A DNA stretch of 49,996 bases, counting the filler, from Bipalium vagum (taxonomy: Eukaryota): the NCBI GenBank assembly GCA_037834085.1. It is 2 parts of 2 records of this genome, joined end to end, with 100 filler letters (N's around TTAATTAATTAA, not from the genome) between each part and the next. Parts side by side here need not be neighbours in the genome. Positions count along the whole stretch, not along the records: positions 1 to 27,530 come from JBBMKC010087151.1; positions 27,631 to 49,996 come from JBBMKC010222677.1. One strand, written 5' to 3'. Under the pieces are notes generated by a model. It did not search any database and had not been told where the DNA came from. It saw only the letters and a list, made by a program, of their open reading frames with translations. Made by a program: the position numbers and the translations under genes. Positions 23,637 to 34,799 of the stretch are shown piece by piece (positions within the stretch are counted from its first letter, which is position 1; each line of letters opens with the position of its first letter).

Positions 23637-24266
23637 TCAATTGTTGGAGATGTACTGCACGGGGACGACAAGTGAGAAGGACCTCGCACGCGGAAACTGA
23701 TGCACGTCCTCCGTTGTGGAAAACTTGCGTGACTTGGTCCGGATCTCAGTTCCGGTCGTGGAATGCCTGACCTTTGCTGCAATGCGCTTCTTCAGCAGAG
23801 TCTGCAGCTGGACGTGCACCTGAGACTTGTCCATGCTGCGCAAGCTGCCCGTCAATTTACGCTGTGAGTTTTCCATTGTGTGAGAACGTTTGACGCTTTT
23901 CTGTTGCATATCGTCTTTACGATTCATTGTGACGGTCGGACTCTGTCCATGAACGAGGTCAATCTGCACCGGCTGAAAGAGAGGCTGACTGAGCGGTGAC
24001 TGGACGATTTGGAGGAGGTTTTCTCGATGAATCGTGTTGGGTCGGTGGCCCACATCCAGCGACGCAGGGCAGACTGGACTGTTAGCAACACAGTCGGAGT
24101 CGAACAGGATCTCCTTGAGCTTGACGATCATTTTCCAAACCATGAGCTTGTAGAGCAGGTTGGTTTCCTTGGTGGTGCCCCGAGGGCTGCAGTACTTGGA
24201 GATGGAACTAGACACCATGGAGTGCATGTTGAGAGGGTCGATGTCGCAAAACTTGGCAAGCGGCAT
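23637..24266 (-). CDS. Intronless IER (immediate early response)/SERTA-like domain protein, 209 aa
   Basis: HSMVSSSISKYCSPRGTTKETNLLYKLMVWKMIVKLKEIL aligns without gaps to the IER5-type N-terminus as recalled ([40 protein letters not shown]), conserving H, VS.S, K, R, L, L.V and the hydrophobic periodicity. The remainder looks disordered. It has a well-formed promoter and a polyA signal. The gene is likely real; the family call is moderate. Confidence 0.65.
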   Translation of the reverse strand: MPLAKFCDIDPLNMHSMVSSSISKYCSPRGTTKETNLLYKLMVWKMIVKLKEILFDSDCVANSPVCPASLDVGHRPNTIHRENLLQIVQSPLSQPLFQPVQIDLVHGQSPTVTMNRKDDMQQKSVKRSHTMENSQRKLTGSLRSMDKSQVHVQLQTLLKKRIAAKVRHSTTGTEIRTKSRKFSTTEDVHQFPRARSFSLVVPVQYISNN

Positions 24267-24270
24267 AGTG

Positions 24271-24380
24271 CAATGACGCCGACTGTAATGCAGCGATTTT
24301 TATATGCCGTGCTTGCGTACGACAGTGACAGCCAATCACAAACCACTACGTTCTGACGTCATTGGCCGATCTATTTTTAG
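24271..24380 (-). promoter_or_regulatory. Core and proximal promoter: Inr (TCATTG, +1 at ~24274), TATAAAAA (24297-24304), CCAAT (24332-24336 and 24361-24365), CRE TGACGTCA (24354-24361), MEF2 CTATTTTTAG (24371-24380)
   Basis: All motifs were read directly. The TATA starts 30 nt upstream of the Inr A; CRE and MEF2 are perfect consensus matches. Confidence 0.8.
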
Positions 24381-24764
24381 CGCGCGAGTTGCAACTGCCT
24401 CTACCGCGATCGATATTCATCTCGCCACGACTTTGTTCTCCCGCTCCTCTCGCCCTTTCCATGGCGATATTTCCTCGCTTGTCTCCCGTCTCTCGTCTCT
24501 TGTCTCTCGTCAACGAGACAAAGGCAAGGCAGATTTTCTCACATTGCAGACCTTTGTGCTGCAATCTTGTCCGTCCTCGGCGGTCGTCGGCCGTCGGCTG
24601 CAAGCAGCATCCTAGCCCAGTGGAGGCCTGCTCGCGAGGGTGATGCTATGATGATCTGAATGGAGAGGGTCGCTTTCAGGTGACGGTTCTCAGTCGAACG
24701 CCCTGTTATCAGCCTGCAAATACCTGGCTTTGTTTAACGTCCCATTTGATTTACTCTCCCTGCG

Positions 24765-24915
24765 GCCGTCAACGTCGTCAATAGCGACCTCCTCTGCGAC
24801 AGAAGCCGACTAATTTTAGACTCTCCTCTGTTCGTGGGAAGGCACGACGACCTCGTCCTTCTCTGTCCTGACTCAGGTTGCGCCGTGTCATGACGATGAC
24901 GAGCTGATGACGCCG
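24765..24915. promoter_or_regulatory. Candidate distal enhancer: MEF2 CTAATTTTAG (24810-24819), AP-1 TGACTCA (24869-24875), five half-CREs
   Basis: CGTCA at 24767 and 24776; TGACG at 24891, 24897 and 24908. Lies in a CpG-rich island upstream of the IER-like gene. Confidence 0.5.
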
Positions 24916-25228
24916 ATGCTCTCTCATTTGCCGCTGTTGCTGGGGAGGATTCGGAAGATTAATCTCTTTCTCTAACGTTATCATTTTCTTTGCTAATCCC
25001 TTTATACTACCTCAACGTCTTTTCGAAACTGTGACCAATTGACAAGTGTTTTCCGCATTCCCCTGGACCCGCTCTTCAAATAGAAGAGCCCCGTAAAGGG
25101 TGTTGAAAGTCACCTGAAACCTTTTTTATCTTTTTATAAATGTTAAAAAACTTTCCATCTATTTTTAGTAACAAGAACACTGACGAATATCACAAATACG
25201 TGTCACGTGATCATATTATTATGTTGAA

Positions 25229-25306
<78 letters not shown>
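25229..25306. repeat. (ATT)26 microsatellite
   Basis: Pure trinucleotide run. Confidence 0.97.
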
Positions 25307-25472
25307 GCTGTCAGTTATTAACAGACCCTATGTTGTTCCTTCTATCTTAAACGTCAAATGCGGTGGTGGTTTTGTTAACTCCGAAGTAATAATATTACTT
25401 GGTTATGGCAGGACCTTGCCAAATTCGAGCCCACGAGGATCAGGAAGTTGAGGAATATCAATATATAAATAT

Positions 25473-25518
25473 AAATGAAATGTTATAAATTTGAAATGAA
25501 ATGTTATAAATTTGAAAT
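25473..25518 (+). repeat. 21-bp tandem duplication AAATGAAATGTTATAAATTTG x2
   Basis: Read directly. Confidence 0.85.
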
Positions 25519-25789
25519 GTGATGTTAGACCCTGTAAATCTCAGTTCGGTCATTTCAGCCAGGATCCAGACTACCGACGGTCTTTGTAATAAAGGAAAGA
25601 GAAGCTTGAAGCGTCTGGCCTGTAAGGACAATCGTAAGTCGAAGAGAATTTCTAATTAATATCACGGACCCCGTTTAACTCGACCCCTTTACATTGCAAA
25701 AGCTAAACGTTTATATTTCAATAAAATCGATTTAAATCCATTTGAAACTGTGTTAAAATTTGTGTGCTATCTTTGTTTAAATAATACCC

Positions 25790-27040
25790 TTTATGCGTCA
25801 AAGTTAGGTAAAATTGAATTACATTTCCTTTTGAAAGCCTAACGGCAAGAGTATTACAAATATTCACACCCGGCACTGCTTGAGCATGACGTAGGCACCA
25901 AAGCGAAAAAGTCTGACAATATATCGCCTTGAAGGAGTCAAAATGATTACAGAAGTCTTAAAGATCTCTCAGAATAGGCCGTCCGTCCATTGTCGACGTT
26001 GAAAGGCTAATGCGATTGATTGATGACAACTCGAAACAAAGTACTGGAGAATGGGCTAAGATTTTCGATTGCCATTCATTACATCAAATTGGGAAATCAT
26101 ATAATGCCGGAACTTGGGAACCATACGCTTTATCTGACAACCGAAATTTGATGCGAGTTACAATGTGCAATGCGAACCTCTTTAGACAAGATCCAGATCC
26201 ATTTTGAAAAAGAATTATGGTATCCGATGAAAAGTGCATTGAATACACGAATCCTGATCTTCGCAAGTAATGGTTATCGGCTGGACAACATTCAGCTACG
26301 ACCTCAAAAGAAGGCATATTCCCAAAAAAATTCCAAGGCTGATGGATGGGATTGCTTGGGAGTCATTGGTTGGGAACTCTTGAAAAATGGTACTCGATAA
26401 TGGTAACCGATTTTGAAGGATTGCGAGGGAGAAGTAACGAACACAACCAGGTTAGATTTGGATTCAGATTCGTGTGGGGTTCGTTCAAATAAACAAAAAA
26501 AAGAGAAAACTTCCTCGGTTAAGAGCAAAAATTAGTGTTAAAACGCGAGAGAAAGAGTACAAGTTTGAGAGAGATATTTATTTAAGTTAAAAGGGGGTCT
26601 GAAAATACCGTTGCACTGTTGAGACGAATTCTTTTCGGTTTTAAGTTAACATACCTACAGCGATGGTATAGGAAGATTAAAGGGCAATAGGGAAGGAATA
26701 ACGGATGGTTTCGGGAGACATTCTGACTCTACCACTGGGTCTGCAGGGTTGTAAGGGGGAGGGTCCATCTTCATTAATTCATACTACAAAATAGAGAATA
26801 GAAACACCGAAGAAAATATTTAAAACGGATCCAGTAGTACCATAACTTTATCAGAACCTCAAAAGCATGGCAACGTCCATAACTAAAGTATAAGGAATAT
26901 TTCTTAGTTTTAAAGCAGGTCCTTATTGAATCCAAACAGTTCTTGTCAAGGCTCAGAGACCCTTGTACTCACTTCACAACGTTCATTGAAAAAATAATCA
27001 CTCATAAAAAGCCGCTTTGAAAAGATCGAAATTTTATTTT
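25790..27040 (+). mobile_element. mariner relic with a ~390-bp unrelated (LTR-like) insertion at ~26400-26790
   Basis: WEPYALS (WVPHxL motif), DEKCIEY and WDCLGVIGWELLKNG, with the mariner-like tail resuming after 26790. Confidence 0.72.
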
Positions 27041-27080
27041 AAATGAAGTCCCGATTCTGCTTCCATTTCTTCACCAATGC

Positions 27081-27374
27081 TTAAGGATTCAGTCGACGCA
27101 TTTTAATACGGCAATATTCATCGTATTGTTGCTGAGTTCCCCGAAATGGGGCACAAGCCATCAATGTACACCATGGAGGATTAAACGGATTGGTAGAGCC
27201 ACAGCTGCACATGTTACATCCGTCATTGAATCTGCGTCCGGGACTCGTCTTGCAGAACTCGACGGCGTTGATGCACTCAGCCGGGAAAAGCCTTACTTCG
27301 TTCCGAGCACCAGTGACATGGCAGAGAATCAGATTGGTCAGACTGAGGATAACGAAGATCCAGGTAGCTTTCAT
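27081..27374 (-). CDS. Secreted pacifastin-like (MEROPS I19-type) serine protease inhibitor, 97 aa
   Basis: Signal peptide MKATWIFVILSLTNLILCHVTG; C-x11-C-N-x-C-x-C-x10-C-T-L-M-A-C matches the pacifastin six-Cys core. Confidence 0.75.
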   Translation of the reverse strand: MKATWIFVILSLTNLILCHVTGARNEVRLFPAECINAVEFCKTSPGRRFNDGCNMCSCGSTNPFNPPWCTLMACAPFRGTQQQYDEYCRIKMRRLNP

Positions 27375-27453
27375 GGTTGGTCTATCTAGATTTACAAGTG
27401 AAACAATATCATAACATCATATGGGGCACCTCTCTTCCTAAACAGTTTGGTAA

Positions 27454-27479
27454 CATTATTATTATTATTATTATTATTC

Positions 27480-27530
<51 letters not shown>
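27454..27530. repeat. (ATT)n microsatellite at the contig end
   Basis: Near-pure run ending at the N spacer. Confidence 0.95.
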
Positions 27531-27630
27531 NNNNNNNNNNNNNNNNNNNNNNNNNNNNNNNNNNNNNNNNNNNNTTAATTAATTAANNNNNNNNNNNNNN
27601 NNNNNNNNNNNNNNNNNNNNNNNNNNNNNN
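27531..27630. other. Artificial contig-joining spacer N44-TTAATTAATTAA-N44
   Basis: Exactly 100 bp and symmetric; the 12-mer places stop codons in all six frames. Confidence 0.95.
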
Positions 27631-28339
27631 GTTATAAACAACAATGGAGATTACATTACTCATTAATTAATTGTTATTTTTATTGAATATATATATTTGG
27701 TTAATTAATTGTTTATTTTATTTGAAAAATGGCGGGAACTTAGTTGCCAACCTAATATTAATAAAATTTTCTTCATTTCCAGGAATCCATACTTTTTAAC
27801 ATTTTAAGTGTAACCAGATTTATTGTCTTAATACTTTTATAAATTAATGGACTTGAAATAATAGTTATAAAGGATATAAAATTCTAAACTATATTTATGT
27901 TATACAGAGTGTTCAGGATAAATTTGACTGTGCCGTCAAGAAAAAGAAAAATTGCTTGGTAACTATAAAATTTTGTACATCTCAGATAAATACAATACAC
28001 AAGTAAACTACATTATTGTCAAACAGTTTCATTCAAAATAACGTTATTGATGTCTATCCATGAAATCACCAATCCGAGAGCAATCAGATCGTCTGCTATG
28101 TGGTCTTCTTCCTGCCAAAGCCTCGTAGTCTTCATTGCATTTCTCCAGTATATGCTGAATTGTTTTCAGTGTTCACGGAGCATTGAACCGCGATCATAAT
28201 TTCCTTGTTTTGATAACCGTCTCGAATCATCATGATACAAATTTGTTAGTAGCTCAAGAATGGTATAGCAAAATTTTCCTGAAAGAACATTTGCACAATG
28301 AACTATTTTTGTTTGGGAGCATATAAAGCATTTAGTTTT

Positions 28340-28960
28340 CTCGACCAATTCTTTCATTTCAAGATGAGAAATGGTCTTTTTATCAAAATAAAGCTCAAGG
28401 AGTTATTGGTTCCTGCTTATATTGCAACATTCAGAATTAAACAAAACTCGCATCATAAGAAAGTTATGATCTCTGTTTTCTGGAATTGAACTTGTTTCAA
28501 ACACTACGAAATGATCCAGAAAACCAGACAGTCGATAAGCATCTAAACACGAATTAGTTGTGACGAGTACATGAAATTATGAAAGGAAAAAACAGATAAA
28601 ACGAGTCATGAATTTTTTCAATGATAACGTGAAACTGCACAATGGAGATATAGTTAAAACAAGCCACCAAGAGGTCGATTGGGAGGTTTTTCATATCATT
28701 CTTTGACGTTACCCAAAGAGATTTCTATCTTTTTCAATTACTGTCAAGCCAAATGAAAGACATTAGTTTTGAGGAGGTGAACCTTAAAAAGTATTTGACC
28801 AAATTAATTCAGAGTAGATCTTGCGAATTCTGAAATGAAAATTTCGATAAACTGATGAAAAGATGGAAGAAGGTCCTAAATAATAACCGAAATTACATGA
28901 CTGGTTGATTTTTCATTATTATTTGTAAATAAAATGTTTTGTTGCTTATAGTTATATTAT
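28340..28960 (+). mobile_element. mariner relic (3' half)
   Basis: DEKW, HHKKVMISVFWN, NDNVKLH and RWKKVLNNNRNY fragments. Confidence 0.75.
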
Positions 28961-29004
28961 CCAAATTCACGAAAAGCTGTTACCAAAAAATTTACCTCTC
29001 AATA

Positions 29005-29073
29005 AGGTCAAACCTCCTTATAACATCATAAAATCCTGGTCCCAACGAGTGACGTTATAAAGAGGTGTGACTG
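29005..29073. mobile_element. Miniature inverted repeat (pogo/Tigger-like ends)
   Basis: GTCAAACCTCCTTATAACATCA...TGACGTTATAAAGAGGTGTGAC forms an imperfect ~22-bp inverted repeat, followed by TA. Confidence 0.55.
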
Positions 29074-29937
29074 TATTCCAATTTTACGTTTAATCACAAG
29101 TTGAAAAATAAAATGTTCTGAAAGTTCTGTTCATTGACGTCATTAAATCCACTCTAAACACGTATTTCAACAAAAGAATGTTCTTAAAAATTGCTGTCTG
29201 GCTGAAATTTTAAGAAAACCAAAGTTTGGTATTGTTTTTATTAAATATTATCTTGTGATCTGAACTTTTATTGTTCTCTTGATAGAAATATTTTTGAACT
29301 TACGTAATGTTTTAAGCAGAAAATGTTTAATTTGACCTTTGAATAAAACCTTATCTATCTAATTTATTTATCTTTATACAATATTATCAAAATTAGATTT
29401 TATTATTTACATGTTCTGGTTTTCTCAACTGATTGATCGATTTTCTTCAGAGCTTATCTCTATTGATCTATTGATTGACGTTTCCAGCTATCTGAGCTAA
29501 CCTGATAAATCAACTCTTTCAAATATACCCAGAAATCTTCGATACAGCCAACTTTTATATGTCTTTGTCTTCTGCATAAATGGAATCTTTACTGTGCGAA
29601 AAATGTTGATTGCATGATCCTGCGAAAACCCTTAACTACCTCAGTAAAGTTGGCGCGAACTATTAAACTGAAATTTTCTGATAACCTTGTGATTAAACAT
29701 GACTTGAAGGCACTGGTATTTGTTTGGTCATTAATTAAGGAATAGCACCACTTTCATTAAATCTTTCAAGCCTAGCTTCATTTTCAACTCGTTGAGTTAT
29801 TTCATATATGGTGCTTTGATGCATTATTTTGTTTCTAAAATACTGTACACTTTTATCTACAACTGGATGATCTAATTAATAGTTATACACTCGTTCTCTG
29901 TCAATATCTTGGTTTTATCTCAATTTTATAAAATATC

Positions 29938-32266
29938 TAAAGTGGTGGTCCATACGTTTTTTCGTATTTTTGTTTTACTATTTCAAATTAATTGTGTAAT
30001 TGATATAAATATTTAAATCTATACAATTATATATCATTTTGAAAATAAAAATTTCCTTTATCAGACGGTAAATTAATATTTATTTAATTATTGTAAATAT
30101 ACTGCTTTTATTTGTTTAGAAGAAATATGGATAAATTGGAAATTAGAGTACTGTTGACATTATTGGAAAAAAATGTCAATGCAACACAAGCGGCCAAAAT
30201 AATATTTGAGATGAAGAGCAAGGACTTTGTTTCAATGCGTATTATTCAAAACTATTTCAAAAAAATTTAATCAAGTCTGATGACCACGGATTTCGGATGT
30301 ATACGCAACGCAGTTGAAGCTAATCCATCGACCAGCACTCGAAGATTATCTGACGCACTCGGTATTTTAAAGACATCAGTTCTTAGCCATCTTCATTTAA
30401 TAATTAAGTTCAGCAGATGCTGTTGACAAATTCCTCACAATTGACAGAAAATCAAATAAAACTGCGTATGGAAACGTGCCAGAAACTGATTTCAAATTCT
30501 TTTTATGCGCTGATTTTATACACCGGTGAAAAATGGATCTATTTATATAACTATTCGGAGTACCCATAAGTAATCAATTATATAAGTGGCAAAACAAAAT
30601 GTTCTAGGTGAGTTCGAACATCATCGGGATTTTCGAAATTTTGATTCTTCAGGGAATGTTCCATGGACCGGAATAAATGAAGATCCGATAACGCTATGTC
30701 TGGAGAATATGGGGGATGTAGTAAAACTTCTCAGTCTAGCTACCTTATTTTTTCTTGGGTTAATTTTGCTGCATGAGTTATTGAATTATCATGTTGCAAT
30801 ATTACCCCTTTTCTGTAAACCAAACCTGGTTCACGAACAATTTGGTTTCGTAATCTATCGAAATTTTGGCAATACAATTCAGTCGTAACTGTTTCTCCTA
30901 ATTTCAATAGTTCAAAATGAATTATGTCACCACAGTCCTACTAAACGCACAATAATACCTTCTTTAGAGTGAGGGATGGTTTCGGAATGGGTACGGTTAG
31001 CCGATTTGGAAAAAGCCATTGCTTGGTGCGCTTGCTGTTGTACAAGAACCATTTCTCGTCACCAGTAACAATCCTTCTTAAAAACGGATCATTTTTTTGT
31101 CTGCATAAAAGAGATATCTAAACTGTACACTGGTGATCTTTATTCATCTCCGACAATAGATGTTGGACCCATATACCCTGCCTGTAAACTTTCCAGATTT
31201 CTTTAAGATGTCCTTGAACTGTTGACCAAGTAGCTGGAAATAGTTTTTGCTATTTCCTGGATACTCATTTTGGAATTCGTTTCCACCAGTGCTTTTAGAA
31301 CCGATCGCTATCAGACAAGCCAAAATTACCATTTGAAAATTTTCGAAACCAATGTTGGCACTTATTGAATTTTAATACGTCTCCATACACATCACAAATC
31401 TTCTTTGTTGCAACGATTGCATTAACACTCGATCGAAAATGAAACAGTATGCAATGACGTAAATGTTCCTCACTTGCTTGATTCTCAGCAATTTTATATC
31501 AGAATAATAAGAACGTTTGAATTTAATTATAATCAATATTCAAGGTCAATGATTGTAATTTAATTGTAATAAAACACGTGTTTATATATTCAGGGTCTGA
31601 ACTAGAATGAATCAAACACTACATACTAAAAATAATTAATTACTTATGGGTACTACTAAAATAACAGACAAACAATCAATAGCTTGACCCCGGACAATTG
31701 CCAAAACAGGTACCAAAGAGAGAACGGTTCTCTAAAAAAGTATTATTGTGCGTTTGATAGAATGTCGAAGCTTGATCCACTTCGAACTTCTTAAAAACAC
31801 AGACCTCAACTGCTCTGAATTGGATAGGGTGTACATAAAGTTAAAGGAAATATATCCAGAACTGCTCAATTGAAAGAGAATACTCTACAGCAAGATAACG
31901 CCAAACTTGCACTACTACCATGAAAGCAAAGAAAAAAATAAAGGAATTGAATGCCTTTGAACTTTTACCACATCCAGCTTACATTCCAGATCTCGCACCA
32001 TCAGACTATCATCTTTTAAGATCTATGGCACATTTTTGCCAGTGGTTGTTTCAATAATTTGGATGAGGTAGAAAAGGGTGCCAATAGTTTTTCAGCTTCA
32101 ACGACAAAGACTGATATCAACGCGGGATCCAACAACTTGCCGATAGATGGATTCAAACTATTAATTCAAATGGTCTTTATTAAGAGGCTTAATAAATATT
32201 TGTCCTTGTTCTATTTTGTTTTTAATTTTTGATTAAAAATACGAAAAGACTTATGGACCACCTTAA
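29938..32266 (+). mobile_element. Full-length decayed mariner (outer element) with both TIRs
   Basis: Left GGTGGTCCATACGTTTTTTCGTATTTTT and right AAAAATACGAAAAGACTTATGGACCACC. Transposase relic MDKLEIRVLL...TGEKWIYLYN/.../QQDNAK...PHPAYIPDLAPSDYHL. Confidence 0.88.
30554..31659 (-). mobile_element. Second mariner nested in opposite orientation inside the outer element
   Basis: TIRs GTACCCATAAGTAATCAATTA and TAATTAATTACTTATGGGTAC. Transposase relic EEHLRHCILFHF...RIVTGDEKW...LHPPYSPDIALSDLHLFRSM. Confidence 0.88.
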
Positions 32267-33425
32267 TAAAATAAATTTTTTTAATTTAAGTTGTACAGAT
32301 TTAAATGCTCTACAAATTCAAACACATATTTTTTTATTTTACTTGTAATCCATGATAAAAGATTTTCGCATCACATTGACAACTGGCATTTTCCCATAAT
32401 ACACTTTTTAAAAAAAGTTGTAAGATTTATTACTAAATATTTTTTATTTTTAATCTTACATATTTTATTAATTTTAATTTAAAATTACTTAATTAAATAA
32501 TTTATTTTTTACGACTTTATTTTTTTCAATTTTATAAATTTTTTATTACACTTTTAAATCAATATCTTTTTTATTTTATTAATATTATGTATGAAAATAC
32601 CATAATGATAATGAAAAATAATAATAACATAAAAAAATAATATTAAATGAAGGATATGTGAAATTCATTCGATTTTGGATCAATTTAATAGAAAAATACT
32701 GGAATATAAAGTCATAAGAATTTTGGAGACTGCCGAAGTCAAAAACATTTGAGATCATGTGCAAATTTTTAAGTACCCTTTTTTATTATTAGGACAATTT
32801 CTTTGTTGCACTAAAAATGATAAAGTTGCATTTATTTTTGAAAAAAGATGCAATTTTGAATAAAAGTTACAATTACTTTTTAAAAGTGGCATGTATTATA
32901 AAAAAGAAAACTATAAAAAAATGTTATTACTTAAAATTTGTCGGAAAGCTTTAAACAGTATTGATATATGTTATATCATTTTCGATATTTTCATTCGACA
33001 AAAATGATTTCTATCAATAGAATACTCTTTTAATAGATCATTATTCATTTTAAAAATTATTTATTTTTATTTACAAAAAATTATATTTTTTATTCAAAGT
33101 TGCGCTTACAAAAATAAGTTGCAACTATACATATCTTTTTACCGATTATTCGCATAGGTCTAGAACTTACATATATCTCGTTTTAAGAAATTTTTATAAA
33201 ATTAAAATAACCTTCATTTCGTGTCAAACAATTGCCCTACGTATTATTCATGTAAAATTTTTTTTAAATATCACAATTGAAATTATTGTATTTTATTATA
33301 CAAAAGAAATAACCCTGAACTCTAAAATGAATAATATTTTTCTAAGAAAACTTGAGACCAAATGCAATTGATATAGGAAAACCAGTTTTTTTAAAAGGAA
33401 AAATAATATTTCAGAGCAAAACTTA

Positions 33426-34325
33426 TCAGGGAGAAAGATGAGAAGTATCATCATTTAAATCAAACATATAAATGTTTATAATATTGGTAATTTCCGAATC
33501 AAACTCATTTAAACCTTTAATTGTCGAGAAAATGTTGTCCTCAAATAATTTCGTCAAGGTAAGAAAACATTTCTCAATGGGATCTATATCAATATTTGTT
33601 GATTTTGGGCGATTGACTGCAATAAGCCTGGAATCTCGGTATTTGTTCATTGCAATTTTGTTTCTCAATCTTTCCTCCATATCTTCATCCATGGTTGTTA
33701 CAGTACTACGGGTGTCGTCCATACTTGAAATATCATCTCGGTAGTCGATTTTCTCATTGGCACTATAATACCCATCGCTGGAAACAAAATCTTCCATTCT
33801 GTTATGAAATTTTAAATGAAATGTGTTGTTGACAACGGTTTTACGTAGAATTTCCGATGAAATATCACATGTCTTTGGCAAAATCACCAATCTGAAACTG
33901 CAAAACACTTGTTTTGTGAAACTAATTTTTATGGTTTCTAAAATATCTGCACCTTCTTCACGAAACTTCGTATCATCAGAAATGATGAATGCTCTTACTG
34001 TCAAATCACTCATTTTCGTAAGGTAACTCACGTTTTTTACACCTATGTAATCCGAATCCAACAGTTTCCGAGACAATTTTCTATCAAGACTGTTCAAAGC
34101 AGAATTTTCTGAAATCGTTTTCTGAACATTCTGATGGTTCAAATTCGAACAATTGATTCTGTCCAATTCGGATCCGACCTGATGGTATGGCCACCTTTCA
34201 AATTTTAACTCCATTATGGAATGTCTTTTAAATACAGCGTATCGCAGCCTTCTATTTCTACTGAGAGAAGAACAAACAGATTTCATCTCGAAATTTGGTC
34301 TGCATCTGTGTGTACTATCAGCCAT
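33426..34325 (-). CDS. Hypothetical protein, 299 aa, single exon, no recognised domain
   Basis: 900-bp ATG-initiated ORF in very AT-rich flanks, far longer than chance ORFs here. Confidence 0.6.
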   Translation of the reverse strand: MADSTHRCRPNFEMKSVCSSLSRNRRLRYAVFKRHSIMELKFERWPYHQVGSELDRINCSNLNHQNVQKTISENSALNSLDRKLSRKLLDSDYIGVKNVSYLTKMSDLTVRAFIISDDTKFREEGADILETIKISFTKQVFCSFRLVILPKTCDISSEILRKTVVNNTFHLKFHNRMEDFVSSDGYYSANEKIDYRDDISSMDDTRSTVTTMDEDMEERLRNKIAMNKYRDSRLIAVNRPKSTNIDIDPIEKCFLTLTKLFEDNIFSTIKGLNEFDSEITNIINIYMFDLNDDTSHLSP

Positions 34326-34686
34326 GTGGATGTTTTACAAGAGATTTGTACCAAAACATTCTTGCATCGATATCTGTTATTGATTCCTTATAAAGTAAAT
34401 AATTATAAAATAAATCGTTAATAACTTTCATTTTTTATAATTAAAAATATTTGGAATTTTTGTTGAAATACGATACAGTGAAATCGTATTAGTTTGGCAT
34501 TTTTCTGAATCGTGCCAGTGAAAATTAAAATGATGAAGTGTTATGCAGAGGATAATTAGAATTTTATTTCGTTCATAACAAACTGGTTAGGTTAAGATTT
34601 ATCATTTAACGGATTTCACATTAATATAATAATTTGACTATCCTAATGAGGATAATATTAATAATAAAATAATAATTTTAATTATG

Positions 34687-34687
<1 letters not shown>

Positions 34688-34734
<47 letters not shown>
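34688..34734. repeat. (AAT)n microsatellite
   Basis: Read directly. Confidence 0.95.
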
Positions 34735-34737
<3 letters not shown>

Positions 34738-34799
34738 GTGTCTACAAGTTGAAAGAAACGCAATTTTTTTTATTATTTAAATTTAAAATATTTATATAT

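Noticed and set aside
25140-25451. Poly-Leu ORF (and the poly-Ile ORF at 27377)
   Set aside because: These are translations of (TTA/ATT)n microsatellites.
29400-29880. Possible additional Tc1-like relics (IEDFWVYLKELIY here; another at ~27900-28300)
   Set aside because: Too degraded to assign boundaries or family confidently.
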